Of a stretch of DNA of 61,650 bases, positions 19,238 to 29,292 are shown one piece after another. This DNA is from an uncultured Candidatus Saccharibacteria bacterium. Its GTDB lineage: Bacteria > Patescibacteriota > Saccharimonadia > Saccharimonadales > Saccharimonadaceae. Location of the stretch: the NCBI GenBank assembly GCA_965245025.1, contig CBDEYN010000001.1, positions 1-61,650 of the forward strand, given 5' to 3'. The stretch's first letter is position 1, and each line of letters begins with the position of its first letter. The position numbers and the translations under genes were made by a program. Under the pieces are notes generated by a model. It was not told where the DNA came from. It searched no databases and worked only from the letters and a program-made list of their open reading frames with translations.

Positions 19238-19588
19238 CTAAGCAGCCTTTTTGGTGGTCTTCTTAGCGGTTGTCTTTTTAGCGACAGTCTTTTTTGCAGT
19301 AGCCTTCTTGGCGGTAGCTTTTTTAGCGGTGGTTTCAGCCTTGACACCATTAGAGGTCTTAGCAATTTTCACCAAGCTAGCCTTACGACGAGAAGCGGTA
19401 TTCTTCTTGATGAGGCCCTTCTTAGCAGCCTTGTCGTATTCAGATTGAGCTTTGGAAAGATTTTCAGCAGTTGGGTTAGCTTTGAAAGCTTTAAGAGCGT
19501 TCTTGATGAACTTCTTAATCTGTTGATTCTTTGCAGTGCGTTTGACTGCTTGACGAGCTGCCTTTTTTGCAGATTTAATAATCGGCAT
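19238..19588 (-). CDS. rpsT: 30S ribosomal protein S20 with a Lys/Ala-rich C-terminal extension
   Basis: Motifs MPIIKSAKK and DKAAKKGLIKKNTASRRKA. Confidence 0.92.
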   Translation of the reverse strand: MPIIKSAKKAARQAVKRTAKNQQIKKFIKNALKAFKANPTAENLSKAQSEYDKAAKKGLIKKNTASRRKASLVKIAKTSNGVKAETTAKKATAKKATAKKTVAKKTTAKKTTKKAA

Positions 19589-19692
19589 TATAGTTTCCTG
19601 TTTAAAACGATTTAATGATTAATATACTTGTGAAATATTATACATGATTTTCATAGATTGTAAAGATGGGGGCCGGAGACTATAATAAAAAT

Positions 19693-20502
19693 ATGAACAT
19701 TTTAGAATCGACCGTCTTAGGTCTTGTACAAGGTATTACTGAATTTATTCCGGTGTCTTCCTCTGGACATCTCGAAATCACACAGCGCATTTTGGGTGCG
19801 GGCGGACGCGCGGAAGATTTTCATTTCTTTTTGGAATTAATTAATTTTGGTACGCTTTTTGCGTTACTTTTCTATTACCGCCAAACGATTTGGGAAATTT
19901 TGCAACGTGTATTTGTAAAAAAAGATTATAAACTGGCACTCAATATTTTAATCACTTCGATTCCAGCTGGCATCATCGGCTTAATACTTTCAAAATTAAT
20001 CGAAAAATTACCATTCTTCTCGAGCCTCGCTACGATTGGTTTTGCAATGGGATTTGTCGGGCTAATCATGATTTTTGTGAATAAATTACCACATTTATCG
20101 AAACTAAAAGATGAAAACGAATTAACTCCAGGCCGCGCTCTAGCGATTGGCTTAGCGCAAACTTTCGCTTTGATTCCTGGGGTTTCACGCTCTGGTTCGA
20201 CCATTATCACGGGTCGCGTAATGGGGCTTGATTCGAAGTCAGCGGCTAAATATTCTTTCTTGGCAAGTCTGCCAATTATGATTGCAGTCTGTGGTAAATC
20301 GTTACTTTCGAGTTCATCAAGAGCTTATATTACCAGTAATTTAGGCATGTTTTTACTTTCAAACTTAGTAGCTTTTATTTCTGGTTTAATTGCACTACAA
20401 ATCGTAATGAAGTACTTCAAGAAAGAAAATTCAATCCCAAGCTTCGGTATTTATCGTGTGATTTTATCTCTTGGAATTTTCGCCGCACTACTACTCTTCT
20501 AA
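19693..20502 (+). CDS. uppP: Undecaprenyl-diphosphate phosphatase
   Basis: Motifs LVQGITEFIPVSSSGH and PGVSRSGSTI. Start ATG 19693 lies 6 nt after TATAAT. Confidence 0.93.
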   Translation: MNILESTVLGLVQGITEFIPVSSSGHLEITQRILGAGGRAEDFHFFLELINFGTLFALLFYYRQTIWEILQRVFVKKDYKLALNILITSIPAGIIGLILSKLIEKLPFFSSLATIGFAMGFVGLIMIFVNKLPHLSKLKDENELTPGRALAIGLAQTFALIPGVSRSGSTIITGRVMGLDSKSAAKYSFLASLPIMIAVCGKSLLSSSSRAYITSNLGMFLLSNLVAFISGLIALQIVMKYFKKENSIPSFGIYRVILSLGIFAALLLF

Positions 20503-20516
20503 AATATTCTGCCTAG

Positions 20517-20545
20517 AAAAAATCCGGCATATGGCCGGATTTTTT
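20517..20545. terminator. Bidirectional terminator
   Basis: AAAAAATCCGGC-atatg-GCCGGATTTTTT. Confidence 0.8.
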
Positions 20546-20588
20546 ATTTGCTTTGATTTTGATTTTGAAGTCGGATTTTAGTTTGCTT

Positions 20589-22352
20589 CTATTCCTCGTC
20601 CTCTACGATTTGAAGGTGGGCTTCTTCGAGCTGGATTGGATCGACGAGGGATGGCGAACTCATCATGAGATCGACACCAGAACCGTTTTTTGGGAAGGCT
20701 ACAATGTCACGAATATTTTTATTATCGTTTAGAACCATGAAAATACGCTCAATACCAAAAGCACAACCAGCGTGAGGAGGGGCGCCGAATTTGAAGGCAT
20801 TTAACATACCACCAAAACGTGCTTCGACGTATTTTTCATCATAACCGAGAATACCGAAGACTTTATACATCACTTCTGGACTATGATTACGTACGGCACC
20901 AGAGCAAATTTCAAAACCGTTCATCACCATATCGTATTGATCGGCGACAATGGCAAGTTTTTCGGCATCAGTTTCAGCTGTTTCGAGTGCCTTGAGCCCA
21001 CCTTTTGGCATAGAGAATGGGTTGTGACCGAAGTCTAATTTGTTTTTGCCTTCATCCCATTCATAGAATGGAAAATCCACAATCCAGCAAAGTGCGACAA
21101 CGTTATCATCCTTCAAATTAAAGTGATCAGCAAAGGCGATACGAAGTTGACCGAGAACCTTATTAACTTTTGAGAGTGAGTCAGCGCCGAAGAAAACCGC
21201 ATCACCATTTTCCGCACCAGTGAGTTCCTTGATTTTAGCTAGTTCTGTTTCGGTGAGGAATTTAGCAATTGGACTTTTCACTTCATCATTTTCATAGATG
21301 ATGTAAGCAAGACCACCCGCACCAAGCTTACGAGCTTTTTCAGTAAAATTATCAATTTGAGAACGCGAAAGGGTGGCGCCATTTTTCACACAAATAGCCT
21401 TGACGGATTCAGTTTGGAAAACTTTAAAACTAGTGTCTTTCAAAGCTTCTTTCAGATCGATTAATTCCATACCATAACGGAGATCTGGCTTATCGACACC
21501 AAAACGATTCATAGCTTCCTGATACGGAATACGTGGAATTTCTTCTGAGAGTAATTTCTTGTGAGCAAAATCGGTAACCAAAGATTTAATCAATGGCTCC
21601 ATAGTGGTGCGCACCACTTCACCCTCTTCGACGAAAGACATCTCGAGATCGAGCTGATAGAAATCACCGTATAGACGATCGGCGCGTGGATCCTCATCGC
21701 GAAAACATGGGGCGATTTGATAATAACGAGGAATTCCACCAACCATTAAAAGTTGCTTGAACTGTTGGGGAGCTTGAGGTAAGGCATAAAACTGTCCTGG
21801 ACGAAGTCTGGATGGCACAAGAAAATCACGTGCACCTTCTGGGCTGGAGTTAGCTAGAATTGGCGTAGTGACTTCGATAAAATCGTGGGCTTCCATATAA
21901 TCACGCATGAAGTGATAAAATTCAGCACGACGACGAAGCGTCTGTAACATACTTGGACGACGGAGATCAAGATAACGATATTTAAGACGAAGCTCTTCGC
22001 CAGATTCCACACCGTCATCATGGGTATTAACCGGCAAAGGTTCAGAGCGATTTAAGAGTTCCAATGTGTCGACCACTAATTCAATGTCGCCCGTAGCAAT
22101 ATGAGGATTACGAAGAGCAGAGTCGCGCTCACGAATTAGACCAGTAGCCGAAATGACAAATTCATCGCGCAAACTTTCGGCGATGGCAAAATTTTCAGCA
22201 TTTTCTGGGGTAATCACTAGCTGAATAATCCCCTCGTGGTCACGTAAGTCAATGAAGATTAACCCACCGTGATCACGCCTAGAATTTACCCAACCAGAGA
22301 CTGTAACATGTTGATTGATTTGTTGTTTTAGTTCTCCAGACAGTTTTCTCAT
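20589..22352 (-). CDS. aspS: Aspartate--tRNA ligase
   Basis: Motifs RRDHGGLIFIDLRD, YRYLDLRR, PEGARDFLVPSR, CFRDED and GAPPHAG. Confidence 0.97.
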   Translation of the reverse strand: MRKLSGELKQQINQHVTVSGWVNSRRDHGGLIFIDLRDHEGIIQLVITPENAENFAIAESLRDEFVISATGLIRERDSALRNPHIATGDIELVVDTLELLNRSEPLPVNTHDDGVESGEELRLKYRYLDLRRPSMLQTLRRRAEFYHFMRDYMEAHDFIEVTTPILANSSPEGARDFLVPSRLRPGQFYALPQAPQQFKQLLMVGGIPRYYQIAPCFRDEDPRADRLYGDFYQLDLEMSFVEEGEVVRTTMEPLIKSLVTDFAHKKLLSEEIPRIPYQEAMNRFGVDKPDLRYGMELIDLKEALKDTSFKVFQTESVKAICVKNGATLSRSQIDNFTEKARKLGAGGLAYIIYENDEVKSPIAKFLTETELAKIKELTGAENGDAVFFGADSLSKVNKVLGQLRIAFADHFNLKDDNVVALCWIVDFPFYEWDEGKNKLDFGHNPFSMPKGGLKALETAETDAEKLAIVADQYDMVMNGFEICSGAVRNHSPEVMYKVFGILGYDEKYVEARFGGMLNAFKFGAPPHAGCAFGIERIFMVLNDNKNIRDIVAFPKNGSGVDLMMSSPSLVDPIQLEEAHLQIVEDEE

Positions 22353-22476
22353 AATCTCTATTATAACATAATAAACCAGTCAACTTTTCAAATTATAGAA
22401 TCAAGAAAAATATCGCTGGATAGCGATATTTATCCTCAAATATTAATCCTTAAAATTGAATTTTGACTATTCAAGA

Positions 22477-22557
22477 CTAATATTCGATATACTCTTGCCA
22501 TGGGGCAGGAGGAATTTTCGACTTTTTGCGCGAAGATTCACGTTTAAGTCTACGCAT
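22477..22557 (-). CDS. Possible 26-aa basic peptide MRRLKRESSRKKSKIPPAPWQEYIEY
   Basis: Lies between a TTGCCA-16-TAAAAT promoter (22643-22670) and a minus-strand terminator (22406-22431); AAGGAG is 14 nt upstream. Confidence 0.35.
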   Translation of the reverse strand: MRRLKRESSRKKSKIPPAPWQEYIEY

Positions 22558-22777
22558 ATTTACGAATGCATCTCCTTAATAATCATTGCACACGACCTAG
22601 CCCCCACCAGCCACCGAGTGACTAAAAAGTGCAATAGACATTATTTTATCAAATATTTTATTTTTGGCAAATTTTAGGCATTGACAAGCACTTTGAAGAC
22701 GCTTATGGCTATTGACAAATATAGCTAAATTATTGTTTTATATTTATTTTCTGGATTAAATATGATATAAATTAGGC

Positions 22778-24226
22778 ATGGATGAGATTAACCTCGGAGA
22801 AATGTTTGCCTATTTTAAGGCTAAGCTCCATATTCTACTGATAATTTTTGCCCTAATTTTTGGATTAGGATCTTTTTACGTATTTTTTATGCAAAAACCA
22901 AAATACGAAGCGACCGCTACGGTGATTGTAAGCTCAGATAAATCCAATGCGAATCTGCCGGGTGAAGTTGCAACCAATAAAAACCTGATTGATACTTACA
23001 CGCAAGTAGTCAAATCACACCGTGTGCTCGACAAGGTCAAAAATGATATTAATATCGAGAAATCTTATGATGAGATGTTAAAAATGATCGAAGTATCGGC
23101 GATTAAAGGTACGGAAATTATTAATATTACCACGACGGACCGCGACGCAGAATTCGCCACGAAGATGACTAACAAAATCGCCGAGCATTTCGTAAAGGAA
23201 ATCGCCAAGATTTATAATGACCGCAATATTAATGTACTCGACTCAGCGGTCACCCCGACGGAACCGGCAAATATTAAGATTGTGCGCCAAGAAATTATAG
23301 CTTTTGCGGCAGGTCTAATTGTCAGTGTTTCAATTCTCTTCTTAGTATTCTATTTTGACCGCTCAGTGAAGACGAGCGAACAAGTCGAAAGTCAGTTGCA
23401 TTTGCCAGTGATTGGTAAAATCCATATGATTGACGCAGAAAAAGAACGCCTAAAACGCCGCCAACACGCCTTAGCTCTAAAGGCAAAGAAAGAAGCTAAA
23501 GAGGATGACTCAGCAGAAAATGCAGAGAACAACGAAGAAATTTCTGAAGAAGATTTAAGTAGTGAATTGATTCTAAAGAATAATCCAAAATCTATTATCA
23601 GTGAAGACTTCCGCACCGTACGCACTAGCCTAGATTTTAGCTTAGTTGGCAAAAACAATAATTCCCTCGTATTAACCAGTACCGCACCAAATGAAGGTAA
23701 AAGTTTTGTTTCCGCAAACCTGGCAATTGCTTTTGCCAATACTGGTAAAAAAGTACTCTTGGTCGATGCCGACATGCGCCTGGGTCGTCAACACGAAATT
23801 TTCGAGCTCTCTAACCAAGCTGGCCTCTCGAATCTACTAGTCGAAACCGCCGGCGACCGTCTACGTAAATACGTTCAGAAGACAGATATCGAAAATCTTT
23901 CCGTAGTCACTCGTGGTATAACCCCACCGAACCCAGCAGAGCTAATCGACTCGAAGCAGATGGAAAAATTCATTGCCACAGTAAAATCAAAATATGATTA
24001 TGTCATTATCGACTCGGCTCCGGTCTATAACTTGGCTGACTCTCTAATTATCTCCAAGAAGGCCGATCGTACCATGATTGTTTGCCGTGTAAACAAAACT
24101 AATATCGATCACGTAAAAGATGGCTTGAAATCTCTCCAAGCAATCGATGCCAATGTGGCCGGCGTGATTCTCAACCAAATCCCTCTAGAAAAACGTACGG
24201 GATATTATAATCAATATTATCTATAA
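22778..24226 (+). CDS. Fused Wzz/CpsC-type modulator and CpsD/CapB bacterial tyrosine (BY) kinase
   Basis: N-terminus with PKYEATATVIV and 2 TMs; EDFRTVRT, Walker A APNEGKS, LLVDADMR, PPNPAEL, IIDSAP and a C-terminal Tyr cluster YYNQYYL. Confidence 0.9.
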   Translation: MDEINLGEMFAYFKAKLHILLIIFALIFGLGSFYVFFMQKPKYEATATVIVSSDKSNANLPGEVATNKNLIDTYTQVVKSHRVLDKVKNDINIEKSYDEMLKMIEVSAIKGTEIINITTTDRDAEFATKMTNKIAEHFVKEIAKIYNDRNINVLDSAVTPTEPANIKIVRQEIIAFAAGLIVSVSILFLVFYFDRSVKTSEQVESQLHLPVIGKIHMIDAEKERLKRRQHALALKAKKEAKEDDSAENAENNEEISEEDLSSELILKNNPKSIISEDFRTVRTSLDFSLVGKNNNSLVLTSTAPNEGKSFVSANLAIAFANTGKKVLLVDADMRLGRQHEIFELSNQAGLSNLLVETAGDRLRKYVQKTDIENLSVVTRGITPPNPAELIDSKQMEKFIATVKSKYDYVIIDSAPVYNLADSLIISKKADRTMIVCRVNKTNIDHVKDGLKSLQAIDANVAGVILNQIPLEKRTGYYNQYYL

Positions 24227-24246
24227 ATATAAAAACAGGAGGTGGC

Positions 24247-24996
24247 ATGATTGACACGCATCTGCATATCTTGCCGGGAATTGATGACGGTAGTCGTGAT
24301 TTTCAGGAAAGTATTGCGATGGCCAAAAAACTAGTCGCACTCGGGTTCACTGGTGGCTTTACTACCTCCCATTTTATTCCGAATAGCGATCAGCTCGCGG
24401 ATAATAAAACCAAGTCACGTCTACGCAAAGAACTGCAAAAACAACTAGACGAGCTGGGGATCAAATTCAAACTTTACCCGGGTAATGAAATCTATGTGGA
24501 TCCAGAAATGGTGAAATATATGCAAGAAGATCAAGCGTCACTACTAGGTGAAACCACTAAGCTAAGTACGGACGCCGTGAAAAACAAAAAGAAGAAACAT
24601 TATGCGCTTTTCGAGGTACCATTTATGACTGAGGTAGGCTATCTACGTGAAGTAATTTTTGAAATGAAGAGTCAAAATATTGTGCCAATTTTAGCTCATC
24701 CGGAACGTTACGAATTCTTGCAAAAGAAACCAGAAAAGGCCTTGGAGCTACGCAAGATTGGCGTGAAACTACAATGCAATATCGGAAGTATAACTAAACA
24801 ATACGGACTGAAGCCTGCCAAAACCATGAAATATCTTCTAAAACACGGCCTAGTGGATTTTCTCGGGACCGATGCCCACCATGCAGATGGAAGCGTCTTC
24901 GAAAAGTATGAAAAAGCTTGCAAGAAAATTAGTAAGATTATTAGCGGGGAAGGCTTGAAGAAGCTACAAGAAAACAGCCTCTCGATTAACCATTAA
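24247..24996 (+). CDS. PHP-family tyrosine-protein phosphatase (CpsB/CapC type)
   Basis: Motifs MIDTHLHILPGIDDGS, TSH, GNEI, AHPERY and GTDAH. Confidence 0.92.
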   Translation: MIDTHLHILPGIDDGSRDFQESIAMAKKLVALGFTGGFTTSHFIPNSDQLADNKTKSRLRKELQKQLDELGIKFKLYPGNEIYVDPEMVKYMQEDQASLLGETTKLSTDAVKNKKKKHYALFEVPFMTEVGYLREVIFEMKSQNIVPILAHPERYEFLQKKPEKALELRKIGVKLQCNIGSITKQYGLKPAKTMKYLLKHGLVDFLGTDAHHADGSVFEKYEKACKKISKIISGEGLKKLQENSLSINH

Positions 24997-25024
24997 AATA
25001 ACTTCCCGCAGGAAGTTATTTTTT
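24995..25024. terminator. Bidirectional terminator
   Basis: AAAATAACTTCC-cgca-GGAAGTTATTTT. Confidence 0.75.
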
Positions 25025-25060
25025 AAGCTTAGTTCTAAATGTGGACTAAATTCTTTGGTT

Positions 25061-25783
25061 TTAGAAGAGTGATCCGGTGCCACGAATTTCACTTTGAAGA
25101 TTCAAGTACTTACGATAAATTGCTTGATGTTCTTGAACTGCCTTAGTATAAGCTGCGTCTTCAAAAGGTAGAATCACGAAGTAAAGTGGAGAATTCTTCC
25201 CACCACAAATTTCTTTCGTGTCACCATAAGCAAGAGTACTTGGAATATGTAATTCGCGGACACCGCCAAGTTTAGCGCCGACTAAGCCATCCGACCAACC
25301 GGTAATTAAGCTGCCAGAACCAGTAACATCAAGTGGGTCCTTCAAGGATTTTGGATTATTATTATCATCGAAAGATGAATCAAACACAGACTCATCGGAG
25401 CACCAACCGAAATAATAGGCGAGATATTTACTCTCTTTTTCAAGAGTAGCGCCAGTACCAACCGTGAGGTCGATAGATTTTAAGCCATCATTTTGAGCGC
25501 GGGAAACATTGTAGGATTTAATATTACTACGAGCGGATTTGAGAGTCTCAAAGTATTTATCATTAAGCGCTTTCACGGCATTATCTTTATCTTTTTTCTT
25601 CTCATCTAGCTCCTTAGCCAGAACCTTAAGCTCAGCGTTTTGCTCAGCCGTACCTTTTTTACTCTTTTCGCCATTCAAGACAATCAAGGCATAAACCATA
25701 ATTGTGGAAACGAAGAGTAAGACTGCAATAAAACCGATAATAATGCGTTGTTTAGTGCTAGTACGTAAACTTTTTTCGTCCAT
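25061..25783 (-). CDS. Membrane-anchored FKBP-type peptidyl-prolyl isomerase
   Basis: Motifs DLTVGTG, VFDSS, LITGWSDGLVG and GGVRELHIPSTLAYG; N-terminal TM. Confidence 0.85.
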   Translation of the reverse strand: MDEKSLRTSTKQRIIIGFIAVLLFVSTIMVYALIVLNGEKSKKGTAEQNAELKVLAKELDEKKKDKDNAVKALNDKYFETLKSARSNIKSYNVSRAQNDGLKSIDLTVGTGATLEKESKYLAYYFGWCSDESVFDSSFDDNNNPKSLKDPLDVTGSGSLITGWSDGLVGAKLGGVRELHIPSTLAYGDTKEICGGKNSPLYFVILPFEDAAYTKAVQEHQAIYRKYLNLQSEIRGTGSLF

Positions 25784-25791
25784 ATTGTTAC

Positions 25792-28257
25792 CTAAATAAT
25801 TTCTCCACCAATTTTTTCTAATGATTTGCTAATACTGTTCATTATAGCAGAGATTTCCTCAGAAAGTAGGGTCTTCTCAGTGGAGGCAAAGTTCAAATGG
25901 AAGCTAAGATTTTTCGTATCCGAACCTTCAGCTTGATAGATTGAGGTAGCCGTGAGATGGAAAATTAGAGATGGTTGGTGCTTCAAAACTTCGAGAATGG
26001 CATTTTCAACTGAGGCGAACGCCTTATCTTCTGAAATTTTAACTGTAAGGTCACGATTAACGGCTGGGAAACGACTAAATTCCTTAATACGCTTGTCGGA
26101 AGCTTTTTGACCCAGCAAGGCTTCGAGATTTAATTCCAAACTGGAAACCTCCTTCAACTTTAGAGCGGTTTTGACGGAATTTTTCAATTCACCAAGGCAA
26201 CCAATTTGGGTGCCAGAAAGAAGAATTTTAGCGGCACGTTTTGGTTCGAAATAACCCGAATCTTCACCGTCGGTAAAGGCTTGGATTTCAAAATTCAGAC
26301 CGAGCTTATCAGCGAGATTTTCTAAGATTTGCTTAGAATAATAATAGTCCGCAGTGGAAACTACCGCCAGATGATGTTGCATTTTCGGAGTTTGATCAGA
26401 ATTTAAGCCGAGAGATTTTCTAGTAATTTGATTCATTTCGTAAAGCGAAAAATCAGCAAAACCGGCTTTTTGATTCTCGCGAACCTTCTCAAGTAGGCTT
26501 GGCGTGATAGAAGTACGGAAGAGCTGCAGCTCAGGTGAAATGGAGTTGGTGATTTCATAAGCATCTTCAGTATTTTCACCGACACGTTCAAGTAATTTCT
26601 TGGAAATGAAACTATAAGTCAAAACTTCATTGAACCCGAGCTCAAGTGAAAGAAGATTCCTTAAAGTAGTTTTTAACTCAAACAAGACATTCTTTTCGGC
26701 GCCAATAAATGGACGGACCGGTAGACTGAGTGGTAAATTATCAAAGCCGAGCAAACGACCGACTTCCTCAATAATATCTTCCTTGATATGAATATCAGTA
26801 CGCCAAAGTGGAGCCGTGACCAAAAGATTTTCCGAATCAGAAACCACCCTAAAACCAACATTTTCAAGAGTTTGAGTCATCAAAGCCTCGTCGTAGTTTG
26901 AGCCGAGAAGTTGATTAATCTCAGAAACTTTCACGGCGACCTGAATTTCAGATAAATCCTGTTTCAAAGAGTCGGCAAAACTAAGTTCAGCACCTGACTT
27001 CACGCCGAGTTTAGCTAAACAATCTTTGATGGCTGGAATAGTATTGACGGCTGGCTGACCCTTGGTAAAGCGGGTGATTGCTTCCGAAAAAATACCGTGT
27101 GCCATCTGAGTTTTACGCAAATTATAGAGGCTAAAAGTAGCGGATTCAAGCAAGATGCGGGTGGTCGAGGCGTCGATTTTGGTCGATTCCCCACCCATGG
27201 CGCCAGCTAAGGCGACCGGAATGTCGTTCGAAGTAATCACGATATCATTGGAATTTAATTCAATAGTTTTGCCATCAAGTAAAGTCAAAGTTTCACCAGA
27301 GCGCGCCGCACGTACGATGATTTTCGCGTGATTTTGCCCTCCGATTTTAACAAATTTATCATAGTCAAAAGCATGAAGTGGCTGGCCTAGCTCTAACATA
27401 GTAAGATTCGTGGCATCGACGATGGGATTGACCGAATTCATGCCAGATTTAGCCAGTAAAACTGAATCTTTCGTCATAGGATAGAGATCAGAAAATTCCG
27501 GAGAAACGGGGTTCGCCAGGTTTAGATCGGAGACATTAACTACACAAGCCGAATAGCGGGGACAAAGTTTTTCATCGGCAATTTCAATGGAAATTTCATC
27601 AGACAGGCCATCTACAGTTTGATCGAAACTCACGGGTTCAGAGAATTTTTGGCCAAGAATGCCGGAAACTTCACGCGCAAAGCCAATCAAACCAAAAGTG
27701 TCTGGACGGTGAGTAAGGGATTTGTTTTCAATATCGAGAATTTTATCATTTAAGTCAAAAACCTCAGCCAGGGCATCACCTGGACGACCAAGAGACTCGT
27801 CGACCTCAGCAATATATTTATGATCAGAAGAAAGGCCAAGCTCATCTGGTCCGGCTAACATGCCGAAACTTTCATAACCGCGTAACTTGCGAGCGCCAAG
27901 CATGAAATTTTCACCACCAAAAGTATCTGGCACGATGCTACCTGGAGTGAGCCAAACAGCGATAATACCGGCACGAACATTTGGCGCGCCACAGACGATT
28001 TGCACGAGACCAGAATCCAGCGTAGAAAACTTCTGATTGAGTTCTGGACCGGCGTCGATTTGACAGAGGTGCAAGTGGGTACCCGGAATATCTTCACAAG
28101 TTACAACATTCGCTAGATAGGCACCACGATATTTTTCAGCCATGTCCATCACGCCTTCAACTTCAACGAGACGTGAGCCGATTAATTTTACTAATTCCTC
28201 ATCGGAAACCGGAATGGATCCGACATATTGTTTGATTTTATTGAGTGAAATAAGCAT
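25792..28257 (-). CDS. pheT: Phenylalanine--tRNA ligase beta subunit
   Basis: Motifs QIVCGAPNV, LGQPLHAFD, LAGAMGG, DIIEEVGR and SRFPAVNRDL. Confidence 0.96.
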   Translation of the reverse strand: MLISLNKIKQYVGSIPVSDEELVKLIGSRLVEVEGVMDMAEKYRGAYLANVVTCEDIPGTHLHLCQIDAGPELNQKFSTLDSGLVQIVCGAPNVRAGIIAVWLTPGSIVPDTFGGENFMLGARKLRGYESFGMLAGPDELGLSSDHKYIAEVDESLGRPGDALAEVFDLNDKILDIENKSLTHRPDTFGLIGFAREVSGILGQKFSEPVSFDQTVDGLSDEISIEIADEKLCPRYSACVVNVSDLNLANPVSPEFSDLYPMTKDSVLLAKSGMNSVNPIVDATNLTMLELGQPLHAFDYDKFVKIGGQNHAKIIVRAARSGETLTLLDGKTIELNSNDIVITSNDIPVALAGAMGGESTKIDASTTRILLESATFSLYNLRKTQMAHGIFSEAITRFTKGQPAVNTIPAIKDCLAKLGVKSGAELSFADSLKQDLSEIQVAVKVSEINQLLGSNYDEALMTQTLENVGFRVVSDSENLLVTAPLWRTDIHIKEDIIEEVGRLLGFDNLPLSLPVRPFIGAEKNVLFELKTTLRNLLSLELGFNEVLTYSFISKKLLERVGENTEDAYEITNSISPELQLFRTSITPSLLEKVRENQKAGFADFSLYEMNQITRKSLGLNSDQTPKMQHHLAVVSTADYYYSKQILENLADKLGLNFEIQAFTDGEDSGYFEPKRAAKILLSGTQIGCLGELKNSVKTALKLKEVSSLELNLEALLGQKASDKRIKEFSRFPAVNRDLTVKISEDKAFASVENAILEVLKHQPSLIFHLTATSIYQAEGSDTKNLSFHLNFASTEKTLLSEEISAIMNSISKSLEKIGGEII

Positions 28258-29201
28258 TAAAATTCCTCCAAAAATTCAAGTTTGGCTGATTCAAAGAAGC
28301 GAATATCATTGAGATGATATTTCATAATCACCAGACGATCAATACCACCACCCCAGGCAAAACCGTGGTAGACTTCGGGGTCGATACCGGCAGCTTTTAA
28401 GACATTCGGATGAATCATGCCACAACCCATAAGTTCGAGCCAACCGTCGCCCTTGCCACCAAGAGAAGCTGGTTTTTCGACAAGTAACTCTAGGGATGGT
28501 TCAGTGAATGGAAAGAAGCCAGGCTGAGTTTTAATACGCAATTTTTCACCATAATAGGTTTCAAAGAAATTCTTCAAGACGCCGAGCATTTCGGACATAT
28601 TGGCGGTTTTGGAAACAAAGACACCTTCACATTGATAGAAAGTATGTTCATGAGTAGCATCAACATCTTCATTACGGAAAACGCGACCTGGAATCACCAC
28701 GGCAATCTGGCCATCTTTTTTTAGGTTATCTAACCTCGAAGTGAGTGCACGATATTGCATGGTGGAAGTATGAGCAGGCGGGATAAAACCTTCCTTGGTG
28801 CGAAAAGTATCATAACCATCACGGGCTGGGTGACCTTCTGGGAAGTTCAAAGATTCGAACATATGAAATTCATCGTCAAGCTGAGTAGATTCCATGACTT
28901 CGAAACCCATACGGGAATAAATATCAATCACGCGGTCGAGCTCAATCATTAAAGGATGGCGACTGCCGCGATGAAAAGTAATTTTCGATTGATTGACGTC
29001 GAATGGGGCGGTAAGATCAATCGCTTTCACGGCGGTATTTTGCTTGGCGGCTTCGAGGGCCTTAATTTGTTCGATAACGGCCTGCTTTTTTTGATTCAAA
29101 ACTTGACCAAAAGCCTTACGCTCTTCGGGAGCCAAGGTCTTCATTTTTGCGTATTCTTCGCCGAGAGATTTAAGTTCGGCTTTTAGCTGTTCCAATTCCA
29201 T
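28257..29201 (-). CDS. pheS: Phenylalanine--tRNA ligase alpha subunit
   Basis: Motifs FESLNFPEGHPARD, HTS, PGRVFRNE, FFPFTEPS and GCGMIHPNVL. Confidence 0.96.
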   Translation of the reverse strand: MELEQLKAELKSLGEEYAKMKTLAPEERKAFGQVLNQKKQAVIEQIKALEAAKQNTAVKAIDLTAPFDVNQSKITFHRGSRHPLMIELDRVIDIYSRMGFEVMESTQLDDEFHMFESLNFPEGHPARDGYDTFRTKEGFIPPAHTSTMQYRALTSRLDNLKKDGQIAVVIPGRVFRNEDVDATHEHTFYQCEGVFVSKTANMSEMLGVLKNFFETYYGEKLRIKTQPGFFPFTEPSLELLVEKPASLGGKGDGWLELMGCGMIHPNVLKAAGIDPEVYHGFAWGGGIDRLVIMKYHLNDIRFFESAKLEFLEEF

Positions 29202-29292
29202 AACTCCTTCTATTATACTCTGTTTTCAGGTGAAGTTGAAGACGAATTGGGAATAAAAAATCGCGCCAATTCGACGCGATCAATGCAGAGTT

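Noticed and set aside
22585..22635. tmRNA, tracrRNA or known-riboswitch identity for the structured segment
   Set aside because: Only short word matches (GGGGCT, CACCGAGT). There is no T-arm/CCA end, tag peptide or recognisable aptamer consensus.
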